Origin: Minutocellus sp. GHC0000111
Lineage: Eukaryota
DNA: 64,000 nucleotides
Direction of reading: 5' to 3'
Assembly (NCBI GenBank): GCA_977018835.1
Contig: OZ361260.1
Span: 2,976,001 to 3,040,000, forward strand
The notes beneath the pieces are model-generated. The model searched no databases. It had not been told where the DNA came from and saw only the letters and a program-made list of their open reading frames with translations. Both the position numbers and the translations under genes were made by a program. This document shows, one piece after another, positions 49,132 to 61,318 of this stretch; positions within the stretch are counted from its first letter, which is position 1, and the number at the start of each line of letters is the position of its first letter.

Positions 49132-50862
49132 ATGTCCGGCCCTTCGGTAACAGGAAGCACAAGGTCGCTGCTGTCGGATTGGGCCAAATCGGTACCAAGA
49201 TCAATGGGAGGATCAATATACAGAGGCGCCGCAGATAGTCGGGCGTCGCTATTCTCACATTGGCCGTTTACCGCCCTTTCATCTTCAAAGGATCCCGCCG
49301 ATGTGTTTGCAAGTGCAACGTTACCGGCATCGGCACGGATACGGAACCTCGCACCACCGCTAATTGATGCGTTGCAATATGAGCTGCTGCCGCTAATATT
49401 GTGCGAGGTTGGTTTTGCCTTCACCACGGCATTTGCCGCTTATGAAGTGTGGGTCACCCGACGGCACAGCCGGCGACACTTGACGAATGGAAATCGGAGA
49501 AATACAAGCACCGTCGTTCCTCGGCTACCATTGATGAACAACACATCCGGCACCGGTGCTGGAGGACGCGGATCACTTCCGACCAGTATGATGACTGGGA
49601 CATTGCAGCAGCCGAAGCGATCGTCACATTTGTATGGTGACTTTCGTCGAGGTAGCGTTGACACACACGATGGCAGACAGAGTTCCGGCTCGTTGGAGGC
49701 AGCTGAAGCAGGTAGCCGAGGTGGGAGGGGATCTGTCATGTCCTCTGCTATCGGACGGGACGGCGCCGGCGGATAATCTGCAGCGGAAAGTAAGGACGGT
49801 CAAAGTTCTGGCGACTCGACCCGAAGAGCATTCTTTAACCTTCTCTTCATCGCCCTGATGTCGCGTCTCCTACTGCTTCCCGTTCAAGCGTTTTACTTTT
49901 CCCCTTCCTCGCATGATATTCATCCCGACAGCGGGATGTGCATGTCTTTGCCAGCCTGCATCTTTTCTCGGACACTGCCAGACATGTGTTTTGCCTCAGC
50001 ATTTTGTTTACTAGTGTTGTTCTATGCCCAGCTGGCGGGGACGGCTTCTGGCGGTGGGCCGCAAGGGCTGTCCTACATACTTACTCGTCGTCGGCTTTTT
50101 CAGACGGCAAACATCATCGTTTATGCCATCTACACGTTCCTCTTCATATTCACTGCATTCGTTCCACATGTTCCATACGCATTATTCCAGACTTGTATAT
50201 GGTCAATGCTCTGTTTTTTCTATGCAGCTCTACTTGGAACCTTGTCGTACTTTGGCCCTCAATTACTGAAGCTGCTAAGGCCAAGTTTGGCGCGACGGTC
50301 TGCGTTGGCCATGCGCCTGAGCACCACGTGCATTGTCTGTGCTGCAGTCTTTCTATCACGGACAGTATGCTTCGCGATTGCCGTATATGATACTGACTAC
50401 AAATGGACACATGGCATTGTCGCAAACTCGATTCCTTCCCATGCCTATCAAAGACAATTTGACCAAAACTTACTCGGCTGCACAATGCTTGAGTTGCTTC
50501 CGTCGGTAATAATACTCGCCATGATGCACCAAAGAGCCCCGAGGAGTGGATCGAGCCAAAGTCCTAGTGCTGCGGCTGGAACCACTCCACCTGTTGGCAT
50601 GAGCTACGGACCGCCCCGTTCGGCTGCGCAAATTGCTGCTTTCGCGACTGATGGAAATGCCCCTTCACCAGGCAGGCTAAGCCCTGGGCAAAGTGGCAGC
50701 GGTGGTCTGGAACGGTCCAGCTCAGACAGAAGGAGTTTGCGAAGGAGTCTTTCAGGCTCGGCAGCTCCTAGCGGCAAGAAAGGATTGGGAGCAGAAGGAG
50801 CCCCGCTTTTGGATGGCCGATCAAGAGGATACGGCGCTGCCCCTGGTACTTCTGGACCATGA
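49132..50862 (+). CDS. THH1/TOM1/TOM3-like membrane protein; in-frame TAA at 49774-49776
   Basis: TLPDMCFASAFCLLVLFYAQL and ELLPS resemble TOM1 motifs. The frame continues through the TAA into ORF 49858. Confidence 0.6.
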
Positions 50863-51005
50863 CAGTATCATAAGGTTAATACGCAAAATGCATCTGCACC
50901 AAATCCATTAAGTATTATATATTACAAAGGTCTTTAGCTATTTCTACCAGACAAACGCAAAAAAAGGAACGATCGGTTCGATTCAAGCATATGTAGGTGC
51001 ATTGC

Positions 51006-53939
51006 TTATGTACTCTTTGCCTTTTCCAGCACACCTTCAATCTTCTCCAGACCGGAAATGTTGGATTGGGCGGCATCCTTCTTTCCTCCGCCCTTTCCGC
51101 CGGTGCCCTCAGTGGCGGCAGCGACCCAGGCCTTGCAATCAACATCCTTCAGGCCCTTGGGAGCAAAGGCAAAGACCAAGAAGCGGCCAGCATCTTCGTC
51201 AGCAGAGACAAGAAGGAAGGCCTTGTCCTTCACCTTCTTGCCAACAGCGGCCGAAATGGACTTGGCAGCCTTGCCATCGAGTCCAAAGTCGCTCCGGACA
51301 ACAATCTTGTTGCCCTCAGTAGTCGAAGCAGCGGCAATGAGTTCATCAACGACCTTTCCAGCCTTGACGGCAGCCTGCTCTTTCTTCCAAGCGACGACCG
51401 ACTTGGTGAGCTTGCCAAGAGTATCATTAAAGCCGGCCTTGCGAACAGTGGAAATTGCCAGCTCACCGAGCTCCTGTCCAAGCTTCTTGATGGCAGCCTC
51501 AAGCTCAAGTCCCTGAAGTGTCGACGTCTCAGTCAATCTCGCCTCAAATTCATCGGCTTTGGCAGTTGCGGCAGCGGCATCGGCCTTGGTAACGCCGACG
51601 ATACGTCGGACGCCCTTGGCGATGCCCTCCTCCTTGAGCAGAACGAAGCCCTCGGCCTCGCTGGTATTGCTCAAATGAGTACCACCACAGAATTCAATAC
51701 TGTACTTGGCCCACTGTCCATCCTGGGGATTCTGCAATATCCTCGGAATATCTTCGTTAGACACCGACACAACGCGGACAGGGTCGGGATAAACCTCACC
51801 GAACACGGAACGAAGGGAGCTAATCTGCTGAGCAGCCTCGAGAGGTGCGACGAAGGATTGGACCGGAATAGAGCTCTTGATCTGCTCCTGGACGATCGAT
51901 TCGATGGAGGCAAGCTGCTCGGTGGTAAGAGCACCACCCCACGAAAAATCAAATCGAAGCTTGTTCTCGTCACACAGCGATCCCTTTTGGTCGACGGATT
52001 GATTGGCGGCATCTCCATCACCCTTGGTCACAAGGACGTCCTTGAGGGCGTAGTTCAGAACATGCGTCATGGTGTGGTTGGCGGCAATAGGAGCGCGTCG
52101 GTCGTAGTCGACAGAACAGCTCACGGATTCACTAAGAGTCACAGTACCCTCAGTGACTTCTCCAAGGTGGAGAACGTACTGACCGTAGGACTGGACGTTG
52201 GTTACCTTGATGGTGGCACCACCCGCAGTCTTGATGCAGCCGGTATCATATGTCTGTCCACCAGCCTCGGCATAGAAACTGGTCTTGTCGAGGATGACAC
52301 CGACAGATCCACTCTCGGCGGTGATGGAATCAACGAAACCAATGCCATCCTCTGTTTCGTTACGGCCAATGAAAAGTCCCTTGGCAGTGCAGCCCTCGAG
52401 CTCCTGGTTCCAAACATATTTGGCGGAATCATCCGTGGCGGCAACGTCCTTACCGACCAGGTAGGCAGTCTGCTCGGCGACGAGGCGCATGTCCTTGCCA
52501 CTGCCTCCCATCATCTTGGCCTGGTGGGCAGCGGCACTGAGCTCCTGCTCCTCCTTCATCTTGGCATCGAACGCATCGCGGTCCAGAGTCAGGCCAAGTT
52601 CTTCGGCCATGAGCTCGGTAAGGTCGACGGGGAAGCCCATGGAGGTGTACAGGAAGTGGGCGTCGACGCCGGAGAAGACCTTGTCGTCGCCGCACTTGGC
52701 GGCCATGTCCTTGAACTTGATAAGGCCCTTGTCGAGGGTCTTGGAGAAGGACTCCTCCTCGTCCTTGATGACGGCGGTAACGTGCGCCTGGTTCTTGCGA
52801 AGCTCGGGGAAGGTGTCGCCCATCAACTCGACGAGCTTGGGAACGAGCTTGGCGAAGAAGCCGAGGTCGGCGCCAAGGTTCTGGCGGCCGTAGCGGACGG
52901 CACGACGGAGGACGCGGCGGAGGACGTATCCACGTCCATCGTTGGAGGGGGTGGCACCGTCGGCGATGGCAAAGCTGAGGGTACGGATGTGATCGGCGAC
53001 GACACGGTAGGCCATGTCGACGTATCCCTCGTCGTCGGTGCCGATCTTGCCGGCGTACGGGCGGGCGCCGGTGATGCGACGGATCTCATCGAACAGAGGG
53101 ATGAAGATGTCGGTGTCGTAGTTGGAGTCGACGCCCTGCAGGATGGACGTCAGACGCTCGAAGCCCATGCCGGTATCGACGTGCTGGGCGGGGAGAGGCC
53201 GGAGGCTCCCATCGGCCTCGCGGTTGAACTGGATGAAGACGTTGTTCCAGATCTCGATGACGTCGGGCAAATCGGCATTGACGAGGCTGGCGGCGTCGCG
53301 CCCGCCGATGCGATCGTAGTGGATCTCCGTGCACGGTCCGCAGGGTCCCGTGGCGCCCATCTCCCAGAAGTTGTCATTGGCGTCGAAGGGGAGGACGCGG
53401 TCGGCGGGAAGGTAGTTGAGCCAGATGTCGCGCGCCTCGAGGTCGGCGGGGGTCGACTCGTCGCCGCCGAAGTAGGTGGCGTATAGCCGGGAGGTGTCGA
53501 ACTTGAACTCCTCCGTGAGGCACTGCCACGCCATGGCGATGGCCTCCTTCTTGAAGTAGTCCCCGAAGGACCAGTTGCCCAGCATCTCGAAGAAGGTGTG
53601 ATGGTACACGTCCTTGCCGACGTCGTCGAGGTCGTTGTGCTTGCCGCCGGCGCGGATGCACTTCTGCGAGTTGGTGGCGCGGGTGAGCTTGGACATCTCC
53701 AGGTTGAGATCGCACGTGCCCAGGAACAGAGGCTTGTACTGGTTCATGCCCGCATTGGCAAAGAGGAGGGTGGGATCGTCGTGCGGGACGACCGGGGAGG
53801 ACGGCCAGAACACGTGCGAGTGCTTCTTGACGAAGAAGTCGATGAAGGTGGAGCGCACCCGGTCCATGGGCCACTCCAGCTCCTTCTTACCGTCGGAGAC
53901 GGACATGGAGGCAACTCCCTCGGCGGCAGAATCGGCCAT
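51006..53939 (-). CDS. AARS: Alanyl-tRNA synthetase (cytosolic type)
   Basis: [47 protein letters not shown] and GGKGGGK motifs; 977 aa, intact. Confidence 0.98.
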   Translation of the reverse strand: MADSAAEGVASMSVSDGKKELEWPMDRVRSTFIDFFVKKHSHVFWPSSPVVPHDDPTLLFANAGMNQYKPLFLGTCDLNLEMSKLTRATNSQKCIRAGGKHNDLDDVGKDVYHHTFFEMLGNWSFGDYFKKEAIAMAWQCLTEEFKFDTSRLYATYFGGDESTPADLEARDIWLNYLPADRVLPFDANDNFWEMGATGPCGPCTEIHYDRIGGRDAASLVNADLPDVIEIWNNVFIQFNREADGSLRPLPAQHVDTGMGFERLTSILQGVDSNYDTDIFIPLFDEIRRITGARPYAGKIGTDDEGYVDMAYRVVADHIRTLSFAIADGATPSNDGRGYVLRRVLRRAVRYGRQNLGADLGFFAKLVPKLVELMGDTFPELRKNQAHVTAVIKDEEESFSKTLDKGLIKFKDMAAKCGDDKVFSGVDAHFLYTSMGFPVDLTELMAEELGLTLDRDAFDAKMKEEQELSAAAHQAKMMGGSGKDMRLVAEQTAYLVGKDVAATDDSAKYVWNQELEGCTAKGLFIGRNETEDGIGFVDSITAESGSVGVILDKTSFYAEAGGQTYDTGCIKTAGGATIKVTNVQSYGQYVLHLGEVTEGTVTLSESVSCSVDYDRRAPIAANHTMTHVLNYALKDVLVTKGDGDAANQSVDQKGSLCDENKLRFDFSWGGALTTEQLASIESIVQEQIKSSIPVQSFVAPLEAAQQISSLRSVFGEVYPDPVRVVSVSNEDIPRILQNPQDGQWAKYSIEFCGGTHLSNTSEAEGFVLLKEEGIAKGVRRIVGVTKADAAAATAKADEFEARLTETSTLQGLELEAAIKKLGQELGELAISTVRKAGFNDTLGKLTKSVVAWKKEQAAVKAGKVVDELIAAASTTEGNKIVVRSDFGLDGKAAKSISAAVGKKVKDKAFLLVSADEDAGRFLVFAFAPKGLKDVDCKAWVAAATEGTGGKGGGKKDAAQSNISGLEKIEGVLEKAKST

Positions 53940-54171
53940 GGTTGCGAAGCTAAGTTCAACTTGCTCAAAAATGATCGAGATGGGCGGGCAGCAGATGCGA
54001 TCGGGTTATGAGCCGAATGCGAAGAGAAACCGAGCGAGAAAGGAAAAATGCTCATATTCTTTTCAGCCCGTCACATACCAGTGGTACCATTGGTACATGT
54101 GAGATTAGGATAGGGATAGGGATAAGGGATCCCTAAATCCGATTTTGGCTTGGATGGACTGAGCATGAGAT

Positions 54172-54930
54172 ATGTCATCAACAAAGCAGCCACCGCACGG
54201 GTGGCCAAATGACACCAAGTATGTCCCCATCCTTGATCTGACCAATCCTCGGGTCGATGCCGATCTGAAAGTTCGGATGAAAAGGCTGGTTTCCTCGTAT
54301 CAGTCCAAGGTTGCGTCTCGTGGCATCCCACCCTCCAGATTGGTTCGTATACGAACCATATCCGATCCTCACCATCCAGCACATGGCCAGCGAGGTCTAT
54401 TCGCGGCGCAAAATTTGAAGCCCAAGCAGTGGATAATCAACTACGGTGGTGAGCTGGTTCGCGATGACGAGCCGCAGACGCAGACCAGCGACTACTGCCT
54501 TGGATATGTCAGGGGATATTGCATCGATGCCTGCAACAGTGGCAACGAGGCCAGATTTGCAAATGACTTTAGGGGAGTGCCGGGGGCAAGCCGCAACAAC
54601 ATCGAGTTTTCGGAGTATGAACCTCCTGCTCAGGCTGGTGATATTGCGATTGTTGGATACAGAGTTGGACCCATTGGTATCAGAAAAGGAGAGGAACTCC
54701 TCACTTCGTACGGCAAGGGCTTCTGGAGAGGTAGGGGCTTGAATGGGAATGATGATGAAGCCTCGAATTGCCCTGGACGACATGGCTTGAAAAAAATTGA
54801 CATACCACATGGATCTTCCTATTATTGCTCGTTATGCTCAGAAACAATTGATTGCACTTCATCGGTGGGGTTTCGATATTGTCAGCAATGTGTCTTTGGA
54901 GTATGTAATCGTTGTAGAACAAATGGTTGA
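54172..54930 (+). CDS. SET-domain protein with a C-terminal Cys/His finger
   Basis: GQRGLFA, GNEARFANDFRG, GEELLTSYG..FW; CPGRH..CSLC..CQQC..CNRC. Confidence 0.8.
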   Translation: MSSTKQPPHGWPNDTKYVPILDLTNPRVDADLKVRMKRLVSSYQSKVASRGIPPSRLVRIRTISDPHHPAHGQRGLFAAQNLKPKQWIINYGGELVRDDEPQTQTSDYCLGYVRGYCIDACNSGNEARFANDFRGVPGASRNNIEFSEYEPPAQAGDIAIVGYRVGPIGIRKGEELLTSYGKGFWRGRGLNGNDDEASNCPGRHGLKKIDIPHGSSYYCSLCSETIDCTSSVGFRYCQQCVFGVCNRCRTNG

Positions 54931-55043
54931 GGATCGGCATGGAAGCTAGCTAATACAATTCTACACGAACGAAGCATGAGAGATATCAATTCTATTTCTA
55001 TTACATTTTGCAGCAAAGTTACAGAAGGAGAAATGTGCGGACC

Positions 55044-56676
55044 CTAACATGGAACGTTCCAACAAAAGATCCAAAAGCAGGATTGGCAAACCTCCGGCGC
55101 AGGCGTAGGAGGCTGAGGTGATGGTGGTTTGGGTGTGGGTCGAAGGGCAGGAGTGCTACCGCCGCCAACATCGCCAATACTGATGATGCCATCACTAATA
55201 TCAGCGTCGGATTCTCCATTGCCGGGGGTAGCGTTTGGGCAAAGATCTGAAGGAGGTCGACGAGAGTTGTCGCAGATACCCTGCTTGATCCAATCAGACG
55301 CTGCACTGACACGAGAATAGACGCCAGGCGATCCAGTAGCACACCCCCCTGCACCCCAGGAGACCGCACCAACTTGAACGTCTTCTTTACTTTCACCGCC
55401 TTTGAGAAATAGAGGACCTCCACTGTCTCCCTGGCAGCTATCTTCGCCTTGATCCATGGCGCACATCACTGCAAAGAACGGAAGTTCAAAAGCAATGATA
55501 ATAAAAATGCGTTGAGCATTGCAGAACTAGGTAGGTACGAGAAATAGTGCAAAAGGAATCATACACGCATGGATCAATCAATGACGGACTTACTCTGTGA
55601 AGTGATGGTTCCAGGCCAACGAAAGTATCGATTGCAGTTGTCAACATACTTGAGCTCCACTTCCTGCAAATAGTCCGCCAGGGGTCCATCCGTGTATATT
55701 CTTCCCAGCCCAATGGCGGTAAGAGAATCGTAGCTCTCCAAATTTCTATCGGCCCGTCCAGTGTAGTCGATTTTCACCATGGAGTCTAGGAGCTCTCGAT
55801 CTTGGACGGGATCGATTATGAAAAGTGCGAAGTCATAGTTTAGAGAATTGGTATTGTATCGGGGATGGATTAGCACATCACGAATGTCACTGTCATGGAA
55901 TGGTCTCTGTCCTCCGTTACTGTTGGACCAGTCATTGTCCGAATATGCCCCAACTCGAACGCTTTTGGGAGGATTGGTTGGTTCGTAGCAATGGGCTGTA
56001 GAAATGGGTAAATTGCACAAAGAAGGAAACAGCAGTCGTGAAGTCAGATATCGCCATGCTTGTATGACTAAATTCTACGTAAACGCCATATACATACACG
56101 ATTACGATCATTGGTCCTTGTAGCAACGATCACCTAACTCCCACCAGCTAGCGGCATTCTTTGCTGATTTGTACATGTAACACGCATGTATGTAATGTAC
56201 ATTTCCAACTGGTCAAAGCAGAGAATCATCGAATCACAACATAAATGCTCACCTGCACACAGAACGACATCGGGGGCAATGAGCGATCCTCCGCAAGAAT
56301 GAGAGGGCGGTCCCCACCACGAATCGGTGTAAATGCTGACGTAGTACGGGAATCTATCGCGGGTGGCACGTCCGCCGTTGACAATTCTAGGCGACGGAAT
56401 GACTTCAAAGTCCGGGCTGAAGATAGATTCATCGTTGTCCAGACTCCTTTCGAGCGAGGATGTTTTGGGTTCCTCGTCAGGTAGTATTTGGCTAGACATT
56501 TCGGAAACGGCTTTGGGTTTGATCGTGGTGGCATCGGCATCATTGATTGTCTTTACGTTTACGCCACGAAGATTGTTGGTCGTCGCTTTCTCGACATCGA
56601 CTGCACCTGCCAGCGCAAGCGCAGTCTGCGACGATAGAGCGAGGAGACCAGCGCTGATGAAGGAGAGGCGCGCCAT
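55044..56676 (-). CDS. Secreted trypsin-like serine protease, 3 exons (56676-56253, 55995-55594, 55468-55044)
   Basis: RIVNGG, CGGSLI, spliced LCAAHC, YDFAL, DSCQGDSGGP. Confidence 0.92.
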
Positions 56677-57326
56677 TTTGGTTTTAAATAATATCGGAAT
56701 GTGAAAGAATGAGGGCTCGCAGCAGATGCAGAGCGATGTATTCCTTGGAACTGAGACTTGACCTTCCAAAGAAGTTTGTTTGTTCGTGGTCGACTCAGCT
56801 GGCGGGTTCAAATTCGAGCAAAGTGTGTCCGTCGGGACTCAGGACAAAGCTGTTGACACGATCGATCCCGTTTATTGAACGGAGAGCTCGTGACGGCATT
56901 CAGAAAGTAGAGTTTATGAAAACGAAAGATTGATGGCAAGAGAAAATCTGAAGAGCGGAGGTGCATGGTTCCCGAGAAAAACCAGCGAGACGAAAACTAC
57001 TCCCAACAAGACCAGGGCCGTTGGCAGTTGGCGGCAGTGGTGCGGAATCAACCCATTGCTTTGCATTGTGCCGGCTCTTCAGGCACATTACCACACAGCA
57101 AGTTATTGGAAAGCAATTGTAATCTATCGACAGGGCTTTGGGGCGCGCCAGTTCGGATTTGGGCTCCGCCGAGTGGAGATAACACATCTTGTGCGTTGAA
57201 AATTCGTCGCTGTTTCCCCTGGACCGACTTGTTTGTGCCTTCCGAGTGCTAATCTGGATAACCAAGCTTGGCACTGAGGAGAAGGCTCGTACACGAAGCG
57301 CAGCGCACTGCAGATCAAGCGAAAAA

Positions 57327-60300
57327 ATGCCGGGCAAATACACCAATGCTGCAATGGCCGCGGCGGAGGCGAAGGAAGCGGCTGCGCAGGCCGGCCTCGG
57401 CGATGACACTGCGAATTCTTCCAACGCCAATAACAAGTCCTCGAAGAACGTCTTTGCCCGCTTCACTCTGGGCGGCGGAGGCGACGGCCAGGACCGTGGT
57501 GGTAGCGATGGAGATGAAGTTTCCCGTGTCGAATCGGACTACGACCCCTCCATCCTTTCGGGCTACACCGGCATGACAGGCATGACCGGTGTGACGGGCG
57601 CGTCCGGCGCCGGGACGGCCTACTCGGAGGTATCGGAATCGGTCGTCAGTGACGCCGACTACACCCGCAGCACCTTGGGCGGCGGCGACGATGGGACTGC
57701 CGGGGGCTACACGGTCGAATCGGACACGTACGGGGCCGCTTCGGGATACTCCCGCAGTCCGCCGGCATCGCCCACTCGAGCCAGGAGCAGCGCCAGCAAG
57801 CGGTCGACGGCCACGGAACGGCGAGGAACCGGCCGGCGCCGGATGCACGACGAAGACGAGGACGACCACGACCACGACGGTGGCGACGGTGCAGGAGGAG
57901 ACTGGCCCAGAATCCGGCGCTACCGTGGTTTCTCCACCTCCATCTCCTCCCTGTTCCTGGACGAGAGTCTCGTCTGCGGCGCCATCTCCTGCTTCGGCCT
58001 CATCCTATCCCAGCGATCCGAACATCTGCTCAACGTCCGCAACGAGGCGAGGGGATTGGTCCAGCACGGTGGCAACGGGAGGAAGAGTGGCGCCATTCGA
58101 AAGCCGTCCAAGGTCGTTGGGCTGGCCCTCATCGTTACTCTAGTAGGGATGGCCGCGACCTATGCCTACTGGGGCTTCGGCAACAAGTACGAAGGGTCCA
58201 GTGGCATCTCATCGTACTACGACTTCTTTGACGATGGATACGACGGTGGCGCTAGCGCAGGTGACGGTGTTTACTACACCAACGATGATGCCGCCGCTGC
58301 CGGTGGAAATGTCAATGACGACGATGCCGCCGGTGACGATAGATACCACAACCAGAACATGTATTACGGAGATGACAACTGGAGGAATCAGAACAATAAC
58401 AATTACAACAACAACAATGCCTATGCTGCCGACGACGATGGTGGGAATAATTATGCAGCAAACGATGACGCAGCGGCGGCAGGCGATGATCAGTACTACA
58501 ACCGCTACAATGGAAATCGTCGAGATCTTGGAGACAATTCATGGTCAACAACAACGCAACCGCATAACATTGGAATTTGCAAAGTCCGCGATGCACAGCA
58601 CTACCTGTGGCAGCCCCTTTACGGGCTTTTAGATGACACTGTTCGGGAGCAGCAGGAACAAAGGACGGTCGAGGGACAGAAAGACCCTGATCAAACACGG
58701 ATGCTCCAATATGATTATGAAGATGCAGGTCCGCGGGTGGTAGACACTGGAACATGGATCCGTCTCGGGCTGGGCATTGCCTTCCTCGTTGTTTTAGGCC
58801 TCATTGGAAGGCGACGACGGATGAGGACTCGATACGAAATATTGAGGGCCAGGGCTCAGGATGACCATCTATTCTATTCTTCTTCCATTGGTGGCAACGC
58901 TAGCATGGACGAGGAGGTCGAGAACGGCAGAGAGGACAAATATGAGGGCGCCTGCAGCCACACCCTCTGCGGATGCTACCCAGTCGATGAGAATCTGCCT
59001 GAAGATGACGACGACGACGGCGTAGCAGACGATGATACCTTTGCTCATATCGCCAACGATACCAACCCCGGCAAGAAGATTAGAAAGAGCAGGAAGGGTT
59101 CTGATTGCATGGCACGCTTTTTTCCCTGCGTCTCTGCATGCTGCTGTGGCTGGATATGCAAGATTTGGATCCAATGCTTCTCTATATGTGCTTTGGCGCA
59201 GGAGGGGCGTGAGGTTCGCCTATTGCTGCCCCCGAGACTCCAACGAGTTGACATCCTCACCCACCAGCCTTGGTATGAGTACTATAGGGATATCTACAAC
59301 CTCAGACTCAAATGGATGGCTCAAAATCGCGACAAAAAGAGGAACGCCCGAGGCTTCGAAATTGGACCGCACTTTCGTGCCCTTAGTCAGCTGAGTCGCA
59401 TCATGATTACCTTATTCATCATCTGCACCATCGCCATTGTTTTGGTCCTGCAATTCAACCCGCGCGCAACTTTTGACTGGGGGGATGTGTTCGTTTTGGT
59501 GGCAACATTCCTCCAATCTTTCATCGTCCTCTTCATCGTTCACTGGATCTTTCATAAGTCAGATCTTAGTTTCGATGCTGTGGTCAAATTTTACGCGTCC
59601 GGTTTCCTCATTGCTACTCCTACAGCCTTCATTGCGGAGGGCATTCTCATCAATATCATGCTCTTCGTCGCCTACACCCTGTACGCAATTGGTGCTGTGA
59701 TATGGGAAGAAGATTTTCTGGACTGGATTTCACAGAATTATGTGCCCTTCTGGATTGCAGGGGAGCTACTCAATGCCTTCATAGTTGCGGCCATAACCGA
59801 GGAACTGTACGCATTCCGGTCTGTGGAGCATCCAGACCTGATTTTCCTCACTGGTCTCGACCGAGCTAGGCAGGATAGCGACCATTTGATCGGCGGGGAG
59901 AAGAACTATGCCTTCCATTCGCACGTTGTTTCGTCGGATCTTCATACTGGGAGTGAGTTTGACTTGGACCGATCGGTCGCTGCTGGTTTCAGCCAGAAGA
60001 AAAATATGCACAGGGGGAAGCGAACCCAAGCTCGTACAGCCATGAGCATGAGCCTCAACCCAGATGACACTGGCACCGACGAGGAAGAAGTTCGATCCAT
60101 CCGGCAGCGCGCTGCAGCTGTCACCACAGCGATGATTGGTACTGCAGTCGGTTTGGCCTGTGCTGAGAACTTCCTCTATGTCTTCATGTTTGGAGGGGCA
60201 AACTCAGGCACCGAGGAAATGGCTATTCTCATTTTCCGTTCCATCTTCCCAATCCACGCACTGGCCGCTGCCATGCAGAGCATAGGCGTTATTCGCAAAT

Positions 60301-60728
60301 TCCTCGAGGGTCCAGGTGATCGAGATGCCGGAAGGCTGGGGGTTGGCAAGATTATCTTTCCCGCCGTCTTGCTCCATGGAACGTTCGACGCCATACTCAT
60401 GAGCGTCAACGTTTATATTGAAAGTGCGTGGGACTTTTACATGAGAGAGAATAATGGCGAGGTTGCGGAAGGATTCGTCCCCTATAATTCGTTCGTGGTC
60501 AACCTCGTGGTTTGGATCGCCATTTGCACAACAATGTTCGCCGGCCTTGTTTGGTATACGATGAAGAACCGTGAACAGAAGAAGCGTCTTGCCTTGCTCG
60601 AAGACACGGAGGACCGCGTCATGGAGCTGGCAAACATGGGAGATGGGACACGGAAATCACCTCGGACATACGTCAACCCAACACTCGGAGGGGATGCCGA
60701 CGGAGATGGAGGTGGCGAGTTTGTTTGA
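57327..60728 (+). CDS. Large membrane protein with an N/D/Y-rich luminal segment, a Cys-rich region and a PrsW-like intramembrane protease domain
   Basis: AAITEEL, GLACAEN, FPIHAL and LLHGTFD motifs; multiple TM segments. Confidence 0.7.
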   Translation: MPGKYTNAAMAAAEAKEAAAQAGLGDDTANSSNANNKSSKNVFARFTLGGGGDGQDRGGSDGDEVSRVESDYDPSILSGYTGMTGMTGVTGASGAGTAYSEVSESVVSDADYTRSTLGGGDDGTAGGYTVESDTYGAASGYSRSPPASPTRARSSASKRSTATERRGTGRRRMHDEDEDDHDHDGGDGAGGDWPRIRRYRGFSTSISSLFLDESLVCGAISCFGLILSQRSEHLLNVRNEARGLVQHGGNGRKSGAIRKPSKVVGLALIVTLVGMAATYAYWGFGNKYEGSSGISSYYDFFDDGYDGGASAGDGVYYTNDDAAAAGGNVNDDDAAGDDRYHNQNMYYGDDNWRNQNNNNYNNNNAYAADDDGGNNYAANDDAAAAGDDQYYNRYNGNRRDLGDNSWSTTTQPHNIGICKVRDAQHYLWQPLYGLLDDTVREQQEQRTVEGQKDPDQTRMLQYDYEDAGPRVVDTGTWIRLGLGIAFLVVLGLIGRRRRMRTRYEILRARAQDDHLFYSSSIGGNASMDEEVENGREDKYEGACSHTLCGCYPVDENLPEDDDDDGVADDDTFAHIANDTNPGKKIRKSRKGSDCMARFFPCVSACCCGWICKIWIQCFSICALAQEGREVRLLLPPRLQRVDILTHQPWYEYYRDIYNLRLKWMAQNRDKKRNARGFEIGPHFRALSQLSRIMITLFIICTIAIVLVLQFNPRATFDWGDVFVLVATFLQSFIVLFIVHWIFHKSDLSFDAVVKFYASGFLIATPTAFIAEGILINIMLFVAYTLYAIGAVIWEEDFLDWISQNYVPFWIAGELLNAFIVAAITEELYAFRSVEHPDLIFLTGLDRARQDSDHLIGGEKNYAFHSHVVSSDLHTGSEFDLDRSVAAGFSQKKNMHRGKRTQARTAMSMSLNPDDTGTDEEEVRSIRQRAAAVTTAMIGTAVGLACAENFLYVFMFGGANSGTEEMAILIFRSIFPIHALAAAMQSIGVIRKFLEGPGDRDAGRLGVGKIIFPAVLLHGTFDAILMSVNVYIESAWDFYMRENNGEVAEGFVPYNSFVVNLVVWIAICTTMFAGLVWYTMKNREQKKRLALLEDTEDRVMELANMGDGTRKSPRTYVNPTLGGDADGDGGGEFV

Positions 60729-61318
60729 TGACGGACTTCAAAAATCATTCAATTATCCTGAACAACCCACAAACATCCTCCAACAAATCGAGGTGGTGGC
60801 GCAGCGTGATTCCGCCGACACATACGCGTACCCTAGGTACATGCTCCCCCCCTTCTTAGATCTATATGTATTAGGTAAGATTTCCCGGTACCCGGTAGAG
60901 ATCTACCGGTACTTGCTGATGCACTGACATGAGACCTACCGGTAGATCTACCGGTAGGAATTCCTACTGCTCTGGTAGACCAACATAGCAACCTTACATA
61001 CGTAATCATTACTATATGTTTTGTCAAGAAATGAGTCTTCCTACTAGTACCTAGTCTAGTAGCTAGTAGCTTGAGTAGCAAGCCAGTGATCAGCGCAGCA
61101 GCAGAAAGAGGAAGCAAGCAATGCAAGCAGGAGGAGGCTGCGGTCTCAGGTACGTACATACGTACGTATGGCGTGGAGTCTGTTGGAAGCGCAGCGCAGA
61201 GAGAGCTCATTTGGCCAGCCGACCGACCGACCACAAGTGCTGGAGGGATACCGCGGACCCTGCTCCCTCGTTGCTCTCTGTTACCACCCATTAATTCACT
61301 AATTTGCAGCTAAATACA

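Noticed and set aside
50997..53486. 829-aa ORF on + strand
   Set aside because: Antisense shadow of the codon-biased AlaRS gene; no recognisable motifs.
54105..54137. taggga x3 telomere-like repeat
   Set aside because: Too short, not TTAGGG, and internal to a promoter.
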